Positions 18,061 to 25,615 of a stretch of DNA of 64,000 nucleotides are shown here, piece by piece. The position numbers and the translations under genes were made by a program. The notes below the pieces were generated by a model. The model was given only the letters and a program-made list of their open reading frames with translations. It ran no database searches and was not told the origin of the DNA. How positions within the stretch are numbered: the first letter of the stretch is position 1; the number at the start of each line of letters is the position of its first letter. The stretch spans positions 1 to 64,000 of IMG/VR virus record IMGVR_UViG_3300028653_000015; one strand, given 5' to 3'. Source of the DNA: a virus (taxonomy: Duplodnaviria; Caudoviricetes).

Positions 18061-21000
18061 TCAGTACCACTCCGGATGTTCTTTAGGTGGCTTGCCTAGC
18101 TCGGCGGCGTAAACGACCGCAGGAATTGGATGTAGGCCGTGTATATGGCTTCTCCATCCCTGTTGTGCTGCGCTGATCACAGTATCTGCCAAACCCTCGT
18201 GGTTGAGCTTGGCCATCCAATCTTCCTGCATGTCTAGTGGTAGTACATTCACACCCTTGAGTATGGGCTCATGAACTATAGGCCGTTCTCCCTTAGCCAT
18301 ACTTCTATTCAATGAGGACACGAATGTAGTGGGCGCAAAGTCACCTCGAATGAAGTGTGTGGAAGAGCCTGCATCCTTTATCTTGGTGAGGTTAGTGAGC
18401 GCCTTGATCACTACCTCATGATTACGTCTACGAATTCCTTGACCTTTGTACATGTCATCCAGATTATCTGCCAACATGACCTGTACTGGTTCAATTCCAG
18501 TCAGAGGCAGCATCTCATGCGGGTTCACCCTACCATCTGAGATGGGCAAGCCCTTCTTGACCTCTGTACCAACTACCAAAGGCTTTTTGTCATAGACTGG
18601 TACTCCTCTAGACAGCGGGATGTAGTGCCGCTCCCCCTCTATGAGTACGTTGTGACCTCCAGCCGTATCCTTTTCTATCTTGGTTACTTTACCAGATACT
18701 GTGCTCAGTGTTGCTGAACCTGGCAAATTCTTCGGGAACAGCAACAGGTCTTGCACCTGTTCAAACTGATCAACAAGTGCCGACTTCGATGAGGCAGTAC
18801 CACCAGTATGGAATGCTTTCATGGCTAGCTGTGTTGCACGTTCACCTATAGCCTGACCGGCAAGAATGCCTACGTTCAGTCCCCTCTCCGGTAGAGTTCC
18901 ATTCTCCGTCAGGCCATAGCACATCTGACACAGACCAGGTCCATGCAAACAACGCAGCGGAGATCTAACTACCACCTTACCCACATTGTTGTTCCTGAGA
19001 GCACTTCGCAACTCTGGGGTGATTAGTGTGCCTGACTTTACTATCCTGTTGCCAAGTCTGACATCTGCAGCTGTGAATCTATCTAGAATATCTTTCTCAT
19101 CTACGGATAGAGCGATCCCTTTGTTAGTACCACAGTCATGATCTAGAATGAGGTTATTCATCGTAGAGTTGATAACCTGCTTAGTGATATGACCAGGCTC
19201 TCTAACTGCCTGAACCTTCTGAATGACACCCTTGCGACCACCACTGGTAGCTGTCCAGTAACCGGCAATGTCTAAGCCCTCAGCATAAGACTTACGTACA
19301 GGGTTGGGTATGATCTCCCCTTTATGATTGGCCATGAGCATAGGTGCAGCTCTAGTCTGTCTTACGGTGTCCGTGCCACCCTTCATACCCGTGTTGTGCA
19401 ACAACATGAGATTGTTGCCCTCTTCTGGTACGGCCCTCAAGTGGGCATTTAACTCTTCTGTGGCCTTCGCATAGATCTCAATGGCTTTGGCGTCTCTAGA
19501 CGGCCCTGACAACTTCTCTACTCGGGCATCCGCCTTGGCTAGTATTTGATCTCTAATTTCCCGTATAGGAGCTACGTCTTTGAGACCAACTGAAAAGGCA
19601 GTCTGAGTGGCCCACATGTTGCCTAGATCTTTGAGCTTGTTGATGGACTGTCCGTACTCGTTCTTGTGCTCCTTCGCGATGCGTGTCATCAGCTCTTCTT
19701 GAGCTGATGCATTTAGAGGGTCCGTCTTCCCAAGATACTCTCCCCTCATAACCTCTGGTAATGCACCAGCGACCATGAACCTGCCAACTGTAGAGTGTAT
19801 ACCTCCAACCTTTATTTGGTCTGTGAGCTTTACCTCTCCCTTTCTGACCGCAGCCTCCACATCCTGAATCGTAGAGAATTCATGGCTGGTGACAGCTCCT
19901 ACACGTGTGAGTCCATACAAACCCAGCCTACTCTCTCCGGATGGGGAGTACATCAACTTACCAGTAGCGGGACTGAACAGGTTATTGGAGGGGAACATCT
20001 TGTGTGCTTCAGCCACGGCCTCTGAGCCTACAGGTACGAAGGCACCCATAGCGTCTCCATCGAAGTCCGCATTGAAACCACTGGTGACTAGTGGGTGGAT
20101 TTGAACAGCCTTTCCACCGACAATACGGGGCTTGAATGCTTGGATACCATACTTGTGAAGCACGGGGTCTCGCTTCAGGAGTATTGGCCTACTGAGGATG
20201 ACCCTATCTAAAGCTCGGTCTACTATCTCCCCACCCTCTTGCATTTTCTGCTGTGCCTGCAGAGGAGAGATGCCCATCAAATTTCGTAGTTCTCGAATCA
20301 CGAAAGGCTTGTACAGTTCTAGAGCTGCAGACTTTGGTATTCCAACCTCATCTAGGCTGAGTGAGGGCTCTGGGACAATCGTTCCACGCATAGTCATATC
20401 CTGTTTGCGTGTGACCAATTGCTCCTGGAAGAATCCCTCCTTTGGAGGGCCCACCTTGGCACCAGTACTGGGATCTACACGCTTGCCGGCAATGTAGTCC
20501 AAGATGCCTCTACGAATACCACGTGGGTAGCTGCCTATGCCCGCCAGCGCACGCAAACCATCATACACTTCTTGTCTCAGCTCCACCTTAGACTGATCAT
20601 CGTCCGGTATGAGCGGGGACATTTTTGCGTATCTGGATGCAGTCAGATGCAGATTCTTGTACAGACCATTCAAGTCATCTTCACTTATAGTACCGTTTGG
20701 AAGGATGGGCAAAGGACGCATGGATGGGGGAAGTACTGGCACACTCTGCATCATGTATGCATCACGGGGGCTGACACCGATCTTATCCAGCACCTTCAAA
20801 AACTTGACCCGTTTGTTTACGTCGTCTAGGTAGGACCCCTTGAGTGTTGGCTTCTGCAACTTATCCAAGGCAGCAACCAGGTCCTTCTTCACATTTATCT
20901 TTCCTAGTAGTGCAGCAAAAGCCTTACCACCCACTAGACCGCCCTTAATCTTCAGCGGGTCACCATACTTACCTGTAATGGGATCATAGGCTAGTGTACC

Positions 21001-24000
21001 TGCGATCAGTCCATCATACTGATTAGTCTTGAGTCCAGTCAGCTTTACTATGGCTCCCTCAAATACTGGATTCGGGAATGCTTCTGGCAATACGAAGTGA
21101 CTCCACTTATCCCCCTCCATACCACCTGTAATCTTCTGATCGAATAGACCACCTGGCTCAGGCCGCATGGTTTTAGCAACAGTCATCTTAGATGGATCTT
21201 TGAGCTCACCGTTGCTCATCTCGTGGACTTGCTTATCTGTCATAGGAGAAAGCGTCAGACTGTTTCCAGTCTTCTCTACATTCACATTCAGACCTTTGAT
21301 CAGACTGATGAACTTGTTGTACGCAAATGTAGGCTTTGGGGTAGGGAGCAGTTCTCCTGCTTGTAAAGCAGCCCAAAATTGATCTCCTTGGCCTGCATCA
21401 CTCTTCAATGTATTCATCTCGCGAAGGTTTGCTGTAGCTCCGTGAGCAAGCATAGAGTACAGACCCAACACTCCTAGAGACTGAGCGCCATGTGGACCAC
21501 CGCCTTTGGGTATCTTGTTCCTATCGTAGGCGTACCCATAACCCAGGGCTCGAGCACTGAGTTTCTTTTCTACCTGGTGGTGCAATTTGAGGACATGCAT
21601 AGGCCCTACTAGTGCATCTCCCATAGGTCTTCCGTTACTAGGATCGTAGACAGTTTCCTTATCCGTCAAGCCATGCTTAGCCAAATCCTGTGTAACCTGG
21701 GCATGTAAGTCTGCGCCTGGTTTGAAGTTCTTGGTAAAGTATGTCTTGCCTGTCTTTTCCGCAATCTTACCTGCAGCAACCTCCAACACCTGCCCTAGGT
21801 TGGTTCTACCAGTAACACCCAATGGGTTTAAGATCACATCTATGGGCCTACCATCTTTGGTATGTGGCGCCTCATGGTCAGGTATGATCTTAGTAATGAT
21901 GCCCTTGTTACCGTGGCGGCCTGTGATCTTGTCTCCAATCTCTAGAGTCTCTTCTGTCTTCACGTGAACGGCAACATTATGACCAGTCTTAACGACCTCT
22001 TTCACAACCCCTGGGTAGTCGTTGTCCCATGTAACACTGGCATCCTTAAATGGCCGTACAATCGACTTGTGCAGTTTGGATAGCTGCACATCCTCCCGCT
22101 TCTCTGACTCATTTGAAGCGCGTAGAGCAGCTATGAGAGTGTCACCAGGCATAACCACCGTGCCAGGCTTGATAACCCCCTCGTCATCAAGCTTCTCAGC
22201 TTGGGCTCTATTCATACCAGTGGGTATGTACGCCTGGAACTTACGCTTATCTAGGACGTGAGCCACATCCCTCTCGATTGAGTGCCTGTGTAAATGCTCT
22301 GACGTGAGCTTCTTAGCGGCACTCTCCGTAACTACAATACCATCTTCGTAGTTGTACCCCTTGTATGGCATGAACCCAACACGAAGATTGGTACCCAAAG
22401 CCAACACACCGTTCTTGGTGTAGTTGGTGTCGGCCACCGTCTGCCCAGCCGTTACCTTATCTCCCACCTTTACTATGGGTGTGGAGTGTAGAAAGGCTTT
22501 GTCCTCATTCAACGGAAAGTGATCATAAATCTGAACTTCGTGCCTCTTCCCATCTGCGCCTTTAATAACTACAGCATCTGATTTGATCTGAGCAACAGTG
22601 CCACTATCACGAGTATGGTGACTAGCAAAGCCTCCAACAAAGTGATCGAAGCTATGTACACCTGCCAAACTCTGTACAAGTGGGGCCTCTCTGTGCAGTA
22701 GAGAGACTGATTGCTCCATTTGCCGACCGGCCATTGTACTTCTGTTCGGGTGGTCAGCTGGCATGAAAGGGATGAGGTTCGATGCAAACGAGAACATTTG
22801 CATCGGGTCCTTCATTACATAGTCCGCACTCTTTATGGAGCCGTCATAGATCTCATTCTCAAGACCACTGATCTTTATGGAGGGTCCTATGGGTACTGGT
22901 TTGCCTTCTACCCACTTGACTTGGTCTGGAAGGACTACATGAGACCTGTAGGCAACTGTTGGGTTGACGTCCTCAGTCTTACCAGTATGTAGATTGTACA
23001 TACGGATGGTGACATCATGGCCGTTCTTGGTAACACCTATGGGCAGTCGTAGAGTGATGCCAGTCTCCTTGCCCTCTGGTGTGTGTATGGGATCCAGGTA
23101 GCCCAAATGGGACGGGTCTATCAGCTTCGCTTCATCAGAGACTGTGTGCTCGCTCTTGATACCACCATCTCCTGTGATGGTGGTCTTGAATTGAGCAGAG
23201 ATCATTTCAAGAGGATTGGTCTGGCTTGGTACTGAAGACAAAGAGTTCTTGGAGAACAGCTGCCGTATATGTCTATTGAAGATGTCCGGAGCTATGATGT
23301 CTCTGACCTTGTCCTTCTTGTCTACCGTATTTCCGATCTTACGTAAGATGTCTCTAGAGCCTCGAGTTATTCTCTCAGCTGCAAAGTCCTCCATCGAGTG
23401 AAGGTCCTTGAACATGATGGCGTCTCTAGGATCTGGCTTGGCCTCTCCACGAGAAATCTTGAGCAACTTGACGGAAGCATCTAGTAGCGTAGCACCAGTC
23501 ACGTTGGAGTGTGGCTTACCCAACGTGAGCATGTTGACGTCTGGATTCATCTTGGTGTTATCCATGACTTGCCAGAAGTGAGCACGCATATCCTCTGAAG
23601 TCATGATGGACGCGGGCTTGAGGCCCGTATCAGACTTGTAGAACTTAGCCAACGCCTTGGGCATGTCTGCGTGATTGGCAGCCGCAATATCCTTACCCCA
23701 CCTCTTCTCTACCTCCTCTTCCGGCATTCCCATAGCATGGAGTAAAGGCTTGAGAGGTATGTTGGAGTTACCATACCCCATAGAGAACTCACGAGTAGCT
23801 GGGTCAAAGTGGATCTTGAAACCACCTCCTGGTGCATTGAAGTGCGATTCTAATGCACCGTCAGCCTTGATCATATTGTATACGCCAGGCTTCAAACGCC
23901 ACTGGTTATCTACTTGGTACTCCTGACCATCAACTATGCTGCTGTATCGGTTAGTGATCTTAGGCAAGCTCATTAGCTTGATCTTCTGCCTATCTATCAC

Positions 24001-24240
24001 CTTACCCGTAGCATTGTCCTTCAAAGAGACCGTAGCCTCCACCGGTACCGCCCACGACTTACCCTCAAGTTTGGCCTCCTTCTGAGACCTGAAGTCACCG
24101 CTATCCAGGTTGTCCCTGACAGCTACGTCGTGAAGCTCTAGCGTGTTCTTCTTCCCTACTATCGGGAAGAGACCGCTGACTGCATTTTGTACTCGGTCTT
24201 TGAGGAGATCAAACCCCTCTGCCGGGACAATACGTGCCAC
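18061..24240 (-). CDS. rpoBC: Fused RNA polymerase beta-beta' (single 2059-aa chain)
   Basis: Beta motifs: TPEG, GYNYEDG, GDKITGRHGNKG, NPLGVTGRTNLGQ, KLHHQVEKKLSAR, LKSD. Beta' motifs: VLPPSMRP, RDPVLHK, catalytic NADFDGD (20053-20073), DCG...RSPLRC...CQMCYG, trigger loop GERATQLAMKAFHTGG. GTG start with AGGAG RBS. Confidence 0.95.
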   Translation of the reverse strand: MARIVPAEGFDLLKDRVQNAVSGLFPIVGKKNTLELHDVAVRDNLDSGDFRSQKEAKLEGKSWAVPVEATVSLKDNATGKVIDRQKIKLMSLPKITNRYSSIVDGQEYQVDNQWRLKPGVYNMIKADGALESHFNAPGGGFKIHFDPATREFSMGYGNSNIPLKPLLHAMGMPEEEVEKRWGKDIAAANHADMPKALAKFYKSDTGLKPASIMTSEDMRAHFWQVMDNTKMNPDVNMLTLGKPHSNVTGATLLDASVKLLKISRGEAKPDPRDAIMFKDLHSMEDFAAERITRGSRDILRKIGNTVDKKDKVRDIIAPDIFNRHIRQLFSKNSLSSVPSQTNPLEMISAQFKTTITGDGGIKSEHTVSDEAKLIDPSHLGYLDPIHTPEGKETGITLRLPIGVTKNGHDVTIRMYNLHTGKTEDVNPTVAYRSHVVLPDQVKWVEGKPVPIGPSIKISGLENEIYDGSIKSADYVMKDPMQMFSFASNLIPFMPADHPNRSTMAGRQMEQSVSLLHREAPLVQSLAGVHSFDHFVGGFASHHTRDSGTVAQIKSDAVVIKGADGKRHEVQIYDHFPLNEDKAFLHSTPIVKVGDKVTAGQTVADTNYTKNGVLALGTNLRVGFMPYKGYNYEDGIVVTESAAKKLTSEHLHRHSIERDVAHVLDKRKFQAYIPTGMNRAQAEKLDDEGVIKPGTVVMPGDTLIAALRASNESEKREDVQLSKLHKSIVRPFKDASVTWDNDYPGVVKEVVKTGHNVAVHVKTEETLEIGDKITGRHGNKGIITKIIPDHEAPHTKDGRPIDVILNPLGVTGRTNLGQVLEVAAGKIAEKTGKTYFTKNFKPGADLHAQVTQDLAKHGLTDKETVYDPSNGRPMGDALVGPMHVLKLHHQVEKKLSARALGYGYAYDRNKIPKGGGPHGAQSLGVLGLYSMLAHGATANLREMNTLKSDAGQGDQFWAALQAGELLPTPKPTFAYNKFISLIKGLNVNVEKTGNSLTLSPMTDKQVHEMSNGELKDPSKMTVAKTMRPEPGGLFDQKITGGMEGDKWSHFVLPEAFPNPVFEGAIVKLTGLKTNQYDGLIAGTLAYDPITGKYGDPLKIKGGLVGGKAFAALLGKINVKKDLVAALDKLQKPTLKGSYLDDVNKRVKFLKVLDKIGVSPRDAYMMQSVPVLPPSMRPLPILPNGTISEDDLNGLYKNLHLTASRYAKMSPLIPDDDQSKVELRQEVYDGLRALAGIGSYPRGIRRGILDYIAGKRVDPSTGAKVGPPKEGFFQEQLVTRKQDMTMRGTIVPEPSLSLDEVGIPKSAALELYKPFVIRELRNLMGISPLQAQQKMQEGGEIVDRALDRVILSRPILLKRDPVLHKYGIQAFKPRIVGGKAVQIHPLVTSGFNADFDGDAMGAFVPVGSEAVAEAHKMFPSNNLFSPATGKLMYSPSGESRLGLYGLTRVGAVTSHEFSTIQDVEAAVRKGEVKLTDQIKVGGIHSTVGRFMVAGALPEVMRGEYLGKTDPLNASAQEELMTRIAKEHKNEYGQSINKLKDLGNMWATQTAFSVGLKDVAPIREIRDQILAKADARVEKLSGPSRDAKAIEIYAKATEELNAHLRAVPEEGNNLMLLHNTGMKGGTDTVRQTRAAPMLMANHKGEIIPNPVRKSYAEGLDIAGYWTATSGGRKGVIQKVQAVREPGHITKQVINSTMNNLILDHDCGTNKGIALSVDEKDILDRFTAADVRLGNRIVKSGTLITPELRSALRNNNVGKVVVRSPLRCLHGPGLCQMCYGLTENGTLPERGLNVGILAGQAIGERATQLAMKAFHTGGTASSKSALVDQFEQVQDLLLFPKNLPGSATLSTVSGKVTKIEKDTAGGHNVLIEGERHYIPLSRGVPVYDKKPLVVGTEVKKGLPISDGRVNPHEMLPLTGIEPVQVMLADNLDDMYKGQGIRRRNHEVVIKALTNLTKIKDAGSSTHFIRGDFAPTTFVSSLNRSMAKGERPIVHEPILKGVNVLPLDMQEDWMAKLNHEGLADTVISAAQQGWRSHIHGLHPIPAVVYAAELGKPPKEHPEWY

Positions 24241-24305
24241 GAATCTCTCCTAAATGTGTGTTGTTACCCCACCAAACTACCAGAGATACCCGACTGGTGG
24301 GTATG

Positions 24306-24332
24306 AAATTGTAAGTCGGTAAGCGTTATAAG
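24306..24332 (+). promoter_or_regulatory. Phage-specific promoter motif, copy 4 (variant)
   Basis: AAATT-gtaagtcggtaag-CGTTATAAG; same 21-nt offset between AAA and TATAAG as copies 1, 2 and 6. Confidence 0.5.
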
Positions 24333-24418
24333 GATAGTACAGAAGTAAGATAACTTTACTTCTGGCTGTGTCTAAGGTTGACACAGAGGCAACACCTAAG
24401 TACAGGGGTTATGTTTAG

Positions 24419-24541
24419 ATGCCTGAGTCCGACCACCAAGAAACCAGTGGACCTATGGATGATCTCAAGGACAGCCTTTTCGATGAGATCGAAGGTGGAA
24501 AAGAGGAGAACTACTCCGATGCAGGTCAAGACGAGAAATGA
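24419..24541 (+). CDS. 40-aa highly acidic micro-protein (below the ORF-track cutoff)
   Basis: MPESDHQETSGPMDDLKDSLFDEIEGGKEENYSDAGQDEK; AGGGG upstream; first ORF after promoter copy 4. Confidence 0.4.
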   Translation: MPESDHQETSGPMDDLKDSLFDEIEGGKEENYSDAGQDEK

Positions 24542-24645
24542 TTTGGCACTTTGTCTTCAGCCTTTTGGCGGCATATATGACAGTACTAATGATCCCCAGG
24601 AAACATGCTTGCGCCGCTAATCATCAGACCGAGCTTTGTCTGTAG
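24538..24645 (+). CDS. 35-aa hydrophobic micro-protein candidate
   Basis: ATGA overlap with the acidic micro-ORF; MIWHFVFSLLAAYMTVLMIPRKHACAANHQTELCL. Confidence 0.25.
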   Translation: MIWHFVFSLLAAYMTVLMIPRKHACAANHQTELCL

Positions 24646-25108
24646 AATCTGTTCCTCTCCTATGGAGAACGACGACCCAGATGAACCTCCTGAGCCTATA
24701 GGAGCAGAGTTAGTAGTGATCGAAAATGGCAAGATACTCCCTATGCGCAAAGACCCGAACTTCTTTGTGTTCCACTCGTGGGCAGATGTGCCACCTGGTG
24801 AACTACCTGAGGGTATACAAGCGGAAGTATCTATCTGGCACAAAGAGTGCTTCGATAATGTCTACAACGAGGTAGATGACAGTGTGCACGCTATAAGCAC
24901 ACGATACTGTGCTGTGTGTGATGGAGATTTCGATGCCAATCCATACGGCAATCAGATCACATTAGGCAGGCTTGATCTAAGCGAGGAAGTGTTTGTAGAA
25001 GACGGCTCTGCCGCAACCAGAAAACTGTGTAGGCATTGTCTGCACAGGGTATTGGGAGAGGGAGACCCCGAGGAGGGGGCTGCCCTACTAGAGAACAGTT
25101 TGTTGTAA
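24605..25108 (+). CDS. Acidic double zinc-finger protein
   Basis: CRIC ... HKEC ... CAVC ... CRHC ligand pattern. Confidence 0.6.
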   Translation: MLAPLIIRPSFVCRICSSPMENDDPDEPPEPIGAELVVIENGKILPMRKDPNFFVFHSWADVPPGELPEGIQAEVSIWHKECFDNVYNEVDDSVHAISTRYCAVCDGDFDANPYGNQITLGRLDLSEEVFVEDGSAATRKLCRHCLHRVLGEGDPEEGAALLENSLL

Positions 25109-25186
25109 TACGGGAAGGACGAGGTAGCCCACAAGGTGTGGGCTACCTACCGTCCGACCATCACCACAAAGAAAGGAGGAACAGCT

Positions 25187-25615
25187 TTGCCAAGGTACAC
25201 TGGAGTCATAGATCCCACGGTACCAGAAGTCACATGGGAGAATTTCAGAGAGATGTGTTTTATGGTTGTTGAAAACCCACTGAATTTCTACCTAGAACTA
25301 CATAAGGGCGAATTCGGAATGCGGCCAGTATACGAACCCAGAGGACACAAAGAAGGACAACCAACAGAAACCTGGTGGTTCCCAAAGTTCATCGCAGAAG
25401 GATTCGTAGAGAAGTACAAGGCAAACATTCCATCAGTTGATCCGAATTGGCCAGACGAAATGGCGGCTGCAGTATACAAGGACTGCAAGCCGTATGAGGA
25501 ACACCTGGCACGACAGAAGACTGCAAGAACCTCGCAACACCAGAAGCGGTGGAGATACATAGTCTCCACAAAGCTGTCTGTGGAACAACAGAATAAGAAG
25601 GAAGATAGTGGCTAA
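25187..25615 (+). CDS. Hypothetical protein (likely TTG start 25187)
   Basis: AAGGAGG RBS before the TTG; convergent with the portal gene. Confidence 0.55.
   Translation: MPRYTGVIDPTVPEVTWENFREMCFMVVENPLNFYLELHKGEFGMRPVYEPRGHKEGQPTETWWFPKFIAEGFVEKYKANIPSVDPNWPDEMAAAVYKDCKPYEEHLARQKTARTSQHQKRWRYIVSTKLSVEQQNKKEDSG

Noticed and set aside
18061-24240. Host chromosomal rpoB/rpoC locus
   Set aside because: No flanking ribosomal protein or nusG genes; the neighbours are spike, portal and terminase genes; the sequence is strongly diverged and shortened.
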